Below are positions 43,170 through 53,945 of a stretch of DNA of 63,651 nt, piece after piece; position 1 is the stretch's first letter, and every line of letters starts with the position of its first letter. The stretch spans positions 35,956,061-36,019,711 of the forward strand of contig JARFYF010000017.1 of assembly GCA_030265395.1 (NCBI GenBank), written 5' to 3'. The DNA comes from Rhina ancylostomus (lineage: Eukaryota). The notes under the pieces are model-generated. The model saw nothing but the letters and a program-made list of their open reading frames with translations. It did no database searches and was not told the origin of the DNA. Both the position numbers and the translations under genes were made by a program.

Positions 43170-43366
43170 CTAACTGGGTGGTGGTAGAGCACAGGAGCAT
43201 TTAAGGGAGTCTTAGAAAGGCACATGATATGCAGAGAAGGTAGGGAATATGGTCAAGGTACAGGGAACAGGGAGTAGATTATTTAGGAATCATTGGTTTA
43301 ATTAGTTTGGCACAACATTGTGGGCCAAATGGCCTGTCTTGTACGGGACTGTTCTATGTTCTATGT
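43170..43366 (+). mobile_element. CR1 3' tail fragment
   Basis: TTGGCACAACATTGTGGGCCAAATGGCCTG...TTCTATGTTCTATGT. Confidence 0.7.
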
Positions 43367-43367
43367 T

Positions 43368-43700
43368 TTACATGAGAGATCCATTCAAGAGAATCTGATA
43401 ACAGAAGCGGTCTTCGACTCTGGTGCTATGTGCGTTCAAGCTTCTGTATCTTCTGCCCACTGGGAGAGGGGAGAAGAGAGAATGACTGGGGTCGGACAGG
43501 CCCTTGATTATGTTGGCTGCTTTCTCAAGGCAGCGGGAAATGTGGATGGAGTCAATGGAGGGGAGGCTGGTTTGTGTGTTGGACTGGACTGCTTCCACAA
43601 CTCTGCAATTTCTTGCAGTCTTCGGCAGAGCAGTTGCCACACCAACCTGTGATGCATCCGGATAGGATGCTTTCTATGGTACATTTGTAAAATTGGTGAG
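43368..43700 (-). mobile_element. Rex1/Babar-type LINE 3' fragment
   Basis: RCLEKAANIIK...PSHSLFSPLPVGRRYRSL, the typical C-terminal motif of Rex/Babar ORFs. Confidence 0.8.
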
Positions 43701-43932
43701 AGGCACACAGGGCTTAATGGTCTTCTCCTACACTGCAAGGTTTTACAATTCTAACACAACAAGATGCGATAATATTGCAAGTGATTAGAATCAGTCCAAA
43801 CTATATTGTAGATTGCTTTTCTCAATGTTAATTGGCTTGTACCAAACAGAGAGATGCAGCACGGAAACAGACCCTGAGTTCATGCTGACCATTCTGATAC
43901 TAACCCTATTTTATTCTCCCCACATTCCCATC

Positions 43933-45350
43933 ATAGAACATAGAACACTATAGCACAGTACAGGCCCTTTGGCCCCGATGTTATGTCAACATTTTATTCT
44001 GCTCTAAGATCTATCTGACCCTTCCCTCCCACATAGCCCTCCATTTCTCTATCATTCATATATCTATCTAAGAGCATCTTAAATGTCCCTGATGTATCTG
44101 CCTCCACCACCCCTGCCGGCAGTGTGTTCCACACACCCACCACTCTCTGTGCAAAAAAACTTACCCTGACATCCCCCTTATCCCTTCTTCCAATCACTTT
44201 AAAATTATGCTCCCTTGTGTTAGCCATTGTCGTCCCGGGAAAACGTCTCTGACTGTCCACTTGATCTATGCCTCTTATCATCTTGTACGCCTCTATCAAG
44301 TCACCTCTCATCCTCCTCCTCTCCCAAGAGAAAAGCCCTAACTCACTCAACCTATCCTCATAAGACATGCTCTCCAATCCAGGTAGCATCCTGGTAAATC
44401 TCCTCTGCACCCTCTCTAAAGCTTCCACATCCTTCTTATAATGAGGCAACCAGAACTAAACATGAGGCTCTGTGTAGTCTAACCAGAGTTCTATAGAGAT
44501 GCAACATTACCTCGCGGCTCTTGAACTCATTACCCTGACTAATGAAGACCAACACACTAAGCCTTCTTAATACTCTATCAACCTGCGTGGCAATCTTGAG
44601 GGGTTTATGGACGTGGACCCCAAGATCCCTCTGTTCCTCCACACTGCTAAGGGTCCTGCCATTAACCTTGTTTCCTGCCTTCAAATTCAATCTTCCAAAG
44701 TGTATCACTTCACAGTTCTCTGGGTTGAACTCCATCTGCCACTTCTCATCCTCACAAACCTCAAAGTCTCTCTCACTGGTGAATACTGAAGCAAAGTATT
44801 CATTAAGGACCTCCCCTACCTCTTCTGACTCCAGGCATATGTTTCTCCTTTTGTCCCTGATCAGTCCTATCCTCAGTCTAGTAATCCTCCTCTTCTTAAC
44901 ATACATGTAGAACACCTTGGGGTTTTCCTTAATCCTACTCACCAAGACCTTCTCATGCTCCCTTCCAGCTCTCCAAAGTCCATTCTTCAGCTCCCTCCTG
45001 GCTCCCTTGTAACTCTCCAGAGCCCTATCTGGTCCATGCTTTCTAAACCTTAGGTAAGCTTCTATTTTCCTCTTGACAAGATATTCTATGTCTCTTGTCA
45101 ACTATGGTTCCTTCACTCTACCATCCTTACCCTGCTTTGACGGGACAAACCTATCCAGAACCCCATGCAAGTACTCCTTAAACAACCTCCACATTTCTGC
45201 TGTGCACTTCCCCAAGAACATTTGTTCCCAATTTACGCTCCCAAGTTCCCACCTAATCGCATCATAATTCCCCCTCCCCCAATTAAATACTTTCCCATAT
45301 CGTCTGCACCTATCACTCTCCGAGGCTACCGTAAAGGTCAAGGAGTTATT
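43933..45350 (-). mobile_element. CR1 LINE with RT core deleted
   Basis: IKENPKVFY and LNEYFASVFT, then a jump near 44745 to WQMEFNP...EQRDLGV...RRRMRGDLIE. Confidence 0.93.
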
Positions 45351-45718
45351 CTTTCCAGAGATTCCTCCTGGCCTGCAGAGTGTTTTCAGCATTTTCTTTT
45401 TCTATTTTCCTTCCAGCATCCGCAATTTTTTTTGAATTTTCCGACTTTGCTGTGGTATTAAACTGGATAAACAATGTAAACATCCACCACAAAATAAAAG
45501 GAAGAGATTTGCTGGGTTTTTAAGTATTCTCATCTTGTTGTGGAAATTAGAAATAAATGAATTTAAGGCAACTATTTTAGTTAGAGACTGATTTTTCTTG
45601 TCTACCTTACTGCTGACTGTACAGGCTGTTATACAAGTTTTTGCCCAGCTCACTCCTCCACAGAAACATTGGGAAGTGCTTTGTTGCCAAGAACTTTTGA
45701 CTGGATTCACTGTTCGGT

Positions 45719-45904
45719 TCAGATAGTCCAAATGATGGCAGTAATAATGGTAGATACGACAGTGAAAGTAATATGCACTGTTTTGCTTTGTGCCCCATTT
45801 TTAGATGGGAAAGGATTCTTGAGATTCAAGCGACAAGGATTCTGAACTTCCTGGTAGGGGATTTCCTTTTCACTGGGTGGCAAATTCTTCAGATCCTCTT
45901 TGAC
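45719..45904 (-). CDS. DPEP2: Dipeptidase last exon with probable dimer Cys and GPI-anchor signal (VKEDLK...NPCR...TVVSTIITAIIWTI*)
   Basis: AACAG acceptor, phase 0; resembles DPEP terminal exons (P-x-E-x-x-I-P...CR); small residues NGA followed by a hydrophobic C-terminus. Confidence 0.85.
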   Translation of the reverse strand, partial: VKEDLKNLPPSEKEIPYQEVQNPCRLNLKNPFPSKNGAQSKTVHITFTVVSTIITAIIWTI

Positions 45905-46737
45905 CTGTTTAAAATAAATAATGTTGTTCAATGATCCATGCTGTTTTTGAAGCTATCTAAGGTGCACAAACACCTGCTGAATTTATCGCCTGAGTGTTTT
46001 TTTCTTTGCCTTACCAGCCTTATCGCTGAGGCGTATTCCCTACAATGCCAACTGTTGTCTTCTCACCATATTCTGGTAATACTGGGGCACAGCTTGTGTT
46101 CAGTCCATCCTAGTCTCAAACCTGTTCCTAGACTCTAACCTTTTTTGTTCTGAAAAGCTGAAGTTTAAGTCACACTCCAAGCACCAACGCCACAGTACAG
46201 TCATAACAGACCATGACATTGAGAGACACAGCCTGCTTCAGATAAGATGATAAAATGAAGACCATCTTCTTGTTCTGGTTGAAAAAAAGATCCAGTAGGA
46301 TAACTCAGAGAAGTGCAAGGGAGGTACCCTGGCCAACAGTTGTCCACAGTCATACCAAGAGAGGTGATGTGGTTATTTATATCACTGATGTCGGTGGAAA
46401 TGATGTATGTAAATTGGCTGCTGCATTTGGTTATGTCACAACAAATGAGAGCAATTGTGGGATCTTGAGGGCATGAAATAGTGCAAGCTCCTTTCCATCC
46501 ATGATGCCTTAAAATCATAGTACTTTCTTATTAATTGTTAGTATTCTTTTGTGCACAAGAAGGGTTTTAATGCAGGGAAGCAAAGCTCATCAGTTTTGGG
46601 TGATTAGATATGAAGCATTCTGTCCACACAGATACTGAGTAAAGATCCCCCTGCTCTTACACAATAATGCAGCCCAACCCCAGCCTCAGGTGACCCAGGC
46701 TACAACACTGCTGAAGGATTTCCAACTCCCTTCTTTC

Positions 46738-47030
46738 GGACAGCAGAGTGGTGCACTAGGAGAGCTGTTGCCTCCCAGCTCCAGCCACTTGGATTCGATC
46801 CTGACCTCTGGTGCCGTCTGTGTTTACACTGTGACTGCATGGATTACCTCTGAAAGGTCCGTTTTCCTTCCACATCCCAAAGATGTGGGGGTTGGTAGGT
46901 TAATTTCCCACTGTAAATTGCCCCTATTGTGCAGCTGAGTGGTAGAATCTAGTGGGTGTTTAAGAAAATGTGAGAACAAATTGGGATTAGTGCACGTGGA
47001 TCCTGATGGTCAGTGTGAACTGCTGTTTCA
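46738..47030 (+). mobile_element. Decayed V-domain SINE
   Basis: GGATTCGATCC B-box; TTCCACATCCCAAAGATGTG core. Confidence 0.75.
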
Positions 47031-47175
47031 CCCTCCTCCTCACCTCTTTACACTGTCTATCTCCCCTTTATACTCTCAGCCTTGATGAAAGATCTCGACC
47101 CGAAATGTTGACCATCCCTTTGCATCTACAGATGCTGCTTGACCTGCCAAGTTTCTCCAGTAGCTTGTTCTTTGC
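47030..47175 (+). mobile_element. Penelope-associated terminal repeat copy
   Basis: CTTGATGAAAGATCTCGACCCGAAATG...AGATGCTGCTTGACCTGC. Confidence 0.6.
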
Positions 47176-47444
47176 CAAATGCAGGAGAGTGAGCAGTAAG
47201 GCTTTCGGCTGCTCATTTACACTTAAGAAAGAATCAGAAGAGCAAACTGCATTGTTTCAGTTCATTAGCTGCAGGAAACGCCAAGCTTTGCTCACTAGAG
47301 TTTTGTGGTTTCAACATTTATGTAAACTCAGCAACATTTTCCGTAAGTGTTTACCTGGAAATTTTGGCCCTCGAAATATCTTGGCCATTAACTGTCACAA
47401 ACATTCGCATGTCTGAAGATTTCAGTTGTAATATTAGTTATTAC

Positions 47445-47629
47445 AGATAAGAGGCATAGATCGAGTGGACATTCAGAGACTTTTTCCCAGTGTGACAATG
47501 GCTAACACAAGGGGACATCATTTTAAGGTGATTGGAGGAAGGTACAGGGGGATGTCAGAGGTAAGTTTTATTTTCCCCACACAGAGAGTGGCGGGTGCAT
47601 GGAACGCACTGCCGGCAGGGGTTATGGGG
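47445..47629 (+). mobile_element. CR1 3' fragment running into a gap
   Basis: IRGIDRVDIQRLFP...TRGHHFKVIG. Confidence 0.85.
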
Positions 47630-48099
47630 NNNNNNNNNNNNNNNNNNNNNNNNNNNNNNNNNNNNNNNNNNNNNNNNNNNNNNNNNNNNNNNNNNNNNNN
47701 NNNNNNNNNNNNNNNNNNNNNNNNNNNNNNNNNNNNNNNNNNNNNNNNNNNNNNNNNNNNNNNNNNNNNNNNNNNNNNNNNNNNNNNNNNNNNNNNNNNN
47801 NNNNNGCTTTAATTCTGAAAAATTCACCTTCAATCTCTAGCCACAAAGAAAATAAATGTTAAGGGATAATTGAGACAAATAGCATAGATAAACTTGAACA
47901 GCTTTGTCCTGATTATCTGGACATTACATGAAATATTTATTTTTAAATGAACTAGCAGCATAATAAGGAAGTAACATATTGCAAAACCGGTTCACCATTT
48001 TTCCTGATTTCAAGTTTTTTTAACCACTTAAATGACGAGCAATAACGCTGAACTCGCCCTACTCCTCCCCAGTAGATTTCAACATACAGTATGTAATAG

Positions 48100-48715
48100 A
48101 GTGGGAGTAGGACACTTGATTCCTTAGTTCAATATGACTGTGGCTGCTCTGTTGTAACCTCAACACTGCATTCCTGCCCATCCCTGTATACTTCATTCCC
48201 TTGCTTATCAAGAATCTCTGCCTTAAAAATATTCANNNNNNNNNNTTCAAAGACTCTGTTTCCACTGTCCTTTGAGGTAGAGAGTCCCAAAGATTCAAGA
48301 TCCTCTGAGAGAAAATGTTTGCCTTATCTCTACAATAAGTGTTTGACTGCTTATTTTTAAACTGTGACCCCAGTGCCAGATCCTTTCACAAGAATATACA
48401 TCATCTCCATAGCCATCCTGTCAAGACATTTTTCTATCAAGCTACCTCTCACTGCACTAAATTCCATCAGATACAAGCCTAGTCTTTCCAACCTTGCTTC
48501 ATAGGACAACTGATGAATTCCAAGTATTAGCCTGGTAAACCTTTGCTTAACTGCTTTCAACACATTAACACCCTTCCTTTAATAAGAAAACTAATGCAGT
48601 GCATTGCACACTGGATGTGGTCTCACCAATGAATGAAGCATAACCTTCCTACTTTTGCATTTCATTCCCCTTGCAATTAACGAGAAAGTTATGTTAGCTT
48701 TCTGGTTTAACACTG
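48100..48715 (-). mobile_element. Old CR1 3' fragment
   Basis: VKQRFTRLILG...LERLGLY; LVRPH. Confidence 0.7.
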
Positions 48716-50261
48716 AATATGTTAGTTCTGCATTGTGGTCAGCTGCTGGTTCATTTAAAAGGATGGATTGCATGCAATATCCAGAGTAGTTATACAAACT
48801 ACTCCAACATGATAACACACGTTTATGACAGTAATAGCCAAGATATTTTAAGGTCAAGAGATTCCAAGAAAACACTTATAAGAAGTGCTGTTGTGAAGTT
48901 CATAAAAACTTTGGAGCTGAACAACCTAAACAAATCAGCTGGTTAATGATAGAAATCACCATGGAATTCTGATGTGGAACAAATCCCAGAAAATGAAGAA
49001 AATATTGTCAACCTCTTAATCTCAGAAAAACCGTGACATATTTCCTTCCCATATTTGGTTCTTCTCTCTTTCCCTGCTTGAATTCCGTGCCTGGGTCTGT
49101 CCCCCATCATTGAAGACCCTGCAAAGCAATGACCTCTACTGCTGCCACAACATCTTTAATGCACTATTTTTCTGACTTCTGCCCTTTGATATTTATAATA
49201 TTATGCTCTGCCCCAGCCTTTGTTCATAGCTCAACTACATGAACCGTAACCATAGTTTAGACCTCATGCTGGAGTTGCCAATATTTAAATAAAAAACAGA
49301 GCTTTGTATTGTTAAGTTTGAGATGAGGAAGCTCTCTGGATAAATGTTGCCAGAGCTAAATTAATCAAATGACATTTTTGAACAACAGGTCCAATAACTG
49401 TCCTAATTGAAATGTTTTTGTCTGCTAAAATAGTTCATGTGTTATAATGCAGTGGTCAGAGTGGACCCTGTACACGAGTTCTTTCACAGTCCATTTCCTC
49501 CTCCTCCATTCAGAGCCTGCGTTTCTGGATCACCATCTGACATGATGTCGATTGTGACTGAGAAAGACCAAATAAAGGAAGAGAATAAGTTCTAGGTCTA
49601 CTCGCAAATAAGAGGGGGATTGGGACTGATGAGACTGCTCCCCTGGCATGGACTCAATGGGTGAATGAGCTTCCTTCTATGTTATGGTCAGTAGAAGACA
49701 TTTTTTTCCTTGATGTGCTTTTGCTGGAAGCACTGAAGCTATTTGCCTTCACAACTTTCTACATTTAAACAATGCCATTTCCCCCATTTCTCTTTGGTTT
49801 TGATCCAAGATTCAATTTCTCTTAACACCACTTGCTAAACAAAAATATTCAAATAGCTTTAGTTTTGGGTTTCGGTGCCAGATGAGAGGAAAGATATTTG
49901 CTCGAAAACTTTGCATGTGCCTTTAATTTTGAAAAGTGAGATCATTTGTACTAAAACCTTCAGTACCTGCTTGGACCAATATTTATGGCTCATATTTACT
50001 GCTGACAGGAACTTATTTATTACCAGGCCTGTCCGTCAACCAGGTACTGAGATAGTTACCTGCTGATTTTACACCATCAACTACACTCAAGGTCAACAGG
50101 AACACACTTGAAATACCAGCAGGATATCTGCTGATTGTTGCATCAGACGGCAACAACTTCCAACAGACAGCAGGGACAGACGGAGATTAGGACTCAGGAA
50201 AGAGACAGCCCCTGCCATCGCCACCATTCACAAGCCCACGCCATGTGTTGCCTGTCCTCAT

Positions 50262-50735
50262 TCCCCCAATCCTAACCCTCCATTTGCCCCAAACCTGACT
50301 CCCCCAATACCCTTTCCTCTAAACCAGAGGCCCCTCGCAAATGAGCTCCTTGTACTTAAACCCCCAAGCTTTATCACCTAAAACTGACCACCACAAAACT
50401 GTCTCTCTGCCCGCCCAAACCCAACCCCACAAACGTGATTCCCCATCCCCTAAACCTGACCCACCTAAAACCAACCACAACTCTCCCCAAAACTGACCCC
50501 ATGCAAACCTATACCCCAAAATCCACCCCGATACACCACTCCCTAAACCCAACCCTTAATAAACTATTCTCCACACCCTTCCCAAATCCAACCTCCCAAA
50601 CCGATTCCACCCAAAGCCAACCCCAACCTACCTCCAAACCCAAATCCTGATCTCCAACAGCCTACCTCCTAAACCCAACCTCCCAAGAATCTAGCCCTAA
50701 ACTTCAGAACCCCTCCACCCCAATTACAGAGCAGC
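50262..50735. repeat. C/A-rich low-complexity tract of degenerate CCCAAAC/CCTAAAC units
   Basis: Very few G on the + strand; recurrent CCCAAA, CCTAAACC, AACCCC. Confidence 0.85.
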
Positions 50736-50989
50736 AGATTTACCAAGCTGATTCCTTAGCCAGTCTCCCAACCATTTCCCCACACCCCAGTGGTGCTCCT
50801 TGGCCACCCTTATCCCATCTTCATCAAAATCAGATGATACTTGGATTGTGAGGAGAGGATTGTTCATGTTTACCCTTACAGTTCCAGTACTGTACCAGTC
50901 TCGTTATTCCACATGGTGGAAGCACACTTACAAAGCACCCTCCTCCGTCCCCCGCCCCACCCCCAGTCTCTCACATTTAACCTTCTTAC

Positions 50990-51125
50990 CTCTTCAACTC
51001 TGCGAAAAACACGGATAAAGTTGTTTCGCAATACAGCTTTTAATTCTTTTTCCAACCAGTTCCGCCTCAGCAATTCATCAATTAGTGCAGGATATTTTGA
51101 CACATCTTCTAGACCTTGAGGAAAT
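50990..51125 (-). CDS. DPEP2: Dipeptidase exon ([23 protein letters not shown]...RVEE)
   Basis: Follows a 79-bp intron; GTAAGA donor. Confidence 0.94.
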
Positions 51126-51204
51126 CTGTAATACACCACAGTGTCAGGAAATATTTGGCAACATAACATAAGAATTAACTGTTCGAGTTCTGCTGCATAC
51201 AAAC

Positions 51205-51280
51205 CCAGAGGCGCCATCATAGTCCCCCCCTATTCCAACCGACTCATATCCAGCGATCCTCTTGATGTGGTCGAAATGAT
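51205..51280 (-). CDS. DPEP2: Dipeptidase exon ([26 protein letters not shown])
   Basis: TACAG acceptor; GTTTGT donor; GGDYDG motif carrying the catalytic Asp. Confidence 0.93.
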
Positions 51281-51369
51281 CTGTAACAGCAGCAGCAAGT
51301 TGTAACATAGACCTTGATAAGAAGTTCAATACTCTAATTTTATCCTCAACAAGGTTCAAAATTTGAGGA

Positions 51370-51525
51370 GCAAAATGCAATCTGCTGGAGGAACTCAGAG
51401 GGTCGAGCAGCATCTGTGGGGTGGGAGTTGGGGTAAGGAAATGATGACATTTGGGTCGAGACCATGCAGTGCTCCAGCAACTTGTTTGTCGCTCCAGATT
51501 CCAGCACCTGCAGTCTTTTGTATCT
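51370..51525. mobile_element. Two opposed Penelope-associated terminal fragments
   Basis: CTGCTGGAGGAACTCAG...GCAGCATCTGTGG followed by the opposite-sense CTCCAGATTCCAGCACCTGCAG. Confidence 0.55.
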
Positions 51526-51882
51526 CAAAATCTAAGGATTTTGTTCAATATTATCAAAAGTTATTTTCTTAATAAAATGTCATTTATTGAGTTTTTGAGG
51601 TTCAGATGTTTCACTTGCTTCTATTGATTTACATCTGCAGCATGTACAGACTGACATGGAGGTTGTCAGAAGCATTGGCTGGACACCATTAAACCCATTC
51701 TAGAAGCTAATTCTTCTAATGTAACTAAACACATTTCCTTGGCCTTTGCTTGTACCACAATCCTTAAACATTCATCCCTTTAAAGTATTTATCCAGTTTT
51801 CCTTGACTTTTACATCGCAATCTCAACAGGTACTATGAGAAGGTTTTGAGATTCACTTGTTGAAATGTCTAAATGTATTTCA

Positions 51883-52163
51883 GGCACGGTAGTGTCGCGG
51901 TTAGCGTAACACTATATAGCGCCAGCGACCCGGGTTCAATTCCGGCTGCTGTCTGTAAGGAGTTTGTACATTCTTCCCGTGTCTGTGTGGGTTTTCTCTG
52001 GGTGCTCCGGTTTCCTCCCACGTTCCAAAGATGTATGGGTTAGGAAGTTGTGGGCATGCTATGTTGGCGCTGGAAGAGTTGCGGGCTGCCTCCAGAACAC
52101 TCTATGCAAAAGATGCATTTCACTGTGCGTTTTCATGCGCGTGACTAATAAAGATATCTTATC
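51883..52163 (+). mobile_element. Relatively intact tRNA-derived V-domain SINE
   Basis: A-box-like GGTAGTGTCGCGGTTAGC; B-box GGTTCAATTCC; V core GGGTGCTCCGGTTTCCTCCCAC; several CpGs retained; AATAAAGATATCTTATC tail. Confidence 0.88.
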
Positions 52164-52489
52164 AGTGCTGTAGGACAGAAGCTCTCCGAATGCTAATTGC
52201 AATGACTCCGATTAAAGCTCGCTGCACATATATTGCAGTACTGTAGCAGTGCCAGTCACTTATTATGGCCGTGTATCTCAACTTAGAGGTCTCGTGTCCT
52301 GGAACCACCTATGTGCATTCTCCTGAGTTTTTTCACTCCAAATATGACATCCTCTTGACCAATGACTTTAATTCATATTCATTTTGTAAATAAATTTTAA
52401 GAAAGAATTTAACAATGATGAAGGCTCTGTTCAGCTCCTTATCCCATACTCTTAATTTTGAACTCTATGTAATTCCTTAAAATGTGGAA

Positions 52490-52810
52490 GGAGGCCATTT
52501 GGCCCTTCACATCTATGCTGGCATTCCCATCTGTTGCATTCCCTGTAATCCATTTTTCTCTCTCTCACCACTCCCACCACCCTACTGATTCTGCTGTCAC
52601 CCACCTACAGAAGGGATAATTTACAATAACCAATTAACCTGCTAAGCAGCACATCTTTGCCTTGTGGGAGGAAACCATATCACCCAGGAGAAGCCGTGTA
52701 GTCACAGGGAGAAGGTATAAATTCCTCACAGGCAGTACCTGAGGTCAGGATTGTACCCAGGTCACTGGAACTGTGTGTCCATAGCACGAGCTGCTGCACT
52801 AGTGCCATCC
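52490..52810 (-). mobile_element. Decayed V-domain SINE
   Basis: TGTGGGAGGAAACC...CTGAGGTCAGGATTGTACCCAGGTC. Confidence 0.75.
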
Positions 52811-53054
52811 TGAGATCCAAGCACAGCTTTTCTCCACATTTCTCAGCTGTTGGTGGGTCCAAAACATTTTGTTAATGGGCACGTAGAAAATTATTTCATC
52901 AAAAGGTGCCATTGTTAATTTGGCTGAATAGCGGGACATCAAAACATGTATCCCAAGGGGAACAAGTTCTTCAATAAAGCATAATAAAAGGGCAAATCTG
53001 ATGAGGTGCACAAGACAATTTCCTTATCCAAATATATCTGTACAAATCCTGTAC

Positions 53055-53139
53055 CTGCAACTAGAGAAACGTTTGCCCACTTCTGACAGGCCACAAAACC
53101 GGGGTAAAAGTTCACCATCACCAAGCCTTCTTTCTCTCT
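53055..53139 (-). CDS. DPEP2: Dipeptidase exon (REKEGLVMVNFYPGFVACQKWANVSLVA)
   Basis: TTTTTCAG acceptor; GTAC donor; 85 bp. Confidence 0.9.
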
Positions 53140-53724
53140 CTGAAAAACAAAAGTAGATCAGAGCTACACTAATTGCGTACGTGTAGAAATTGGATTGCAT
53201 TCAATTTTAGAGCATCAGAACATGGTTGCATTTAGCACGAACAGCTAATTGTGCCCGCCTTAAAAGAAAATCATGAAATTGGACAAAATCCATTCTGAAG
53301 TACGTTGGGATGGATAACATCCAGAAACATGCCCTAAAATCGAAGCTGTTATTCCTGAACATGACCNNNNNNNNNNNNNNNNNNNNNNNNNNNNNNNNNN
53401 NNNNNNNNNNNNNNNNNNNNNNNNNNNNNNNNNNNNNNNNNNNNNNNNNNNNNNNNNNNNNNNNNNNNNNNNNNNNNNNNNNNNNNNNNNNNNNNNNNNN
53501 NNNNNNNNNNNNNNNNNNNCACTGCTGCATGGAGCAGTGCCACAAGGAAAATCTCACAGGATACATCAAGGTGAGCACCACAATAAATACTGCTCTCTTA
53601 AACATATACACACACACACTTTAAATTCAGTGAATAATATGGCATGGAACTACGATTAGTCTTAGTAATGATAATCGGAAAAACTATCATATGGACATAA
53701 AACCCATGCAATTCATTAATGGAG

Positions 53725-53945
53725 ACAAGAGAGACTGCAAATGCTGGAAGTCTGGAGCAACTCACACAAAGTGCTGGAGGAACTCAGCACATCAGGCAGC
53801 AAATTTGGAGCAACATCAAGTCCTGGCACAGGGACCCAGCCCTGATGAAGGGCCTCTGCCCAAAACGTCAACTGTTCATTTCGCTCCATAGGTGCTGCCT
53901 GACCTTCTGACTTCCTCCAGCATTCTGTGCGTGTGTGCTGCTCCA
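53725..53945. mobile_element. Penelope-associated termini in opposed orientation, with a hammerhead-like core
   Basis: GACTGCAAATGCTGGA...GCTGGAGGAACTCAGC, then CTGATGA...GCTGCCTGACC...TTCCTCCAGCA. Confidence 0.65.

Noticed and set aside
50271-50280. CCTAACCCT telomere-like motif
   Set aside because: A single degenerate unit within low-complexity DNA is not enough to call an interstitial telomere.
51883-51950. tRNA-like sequence with A and B boxes
   Set aside because: It continues into a SINE body and shows no complete cloverleaf, so it is a SINE head and not a tRNA gene.
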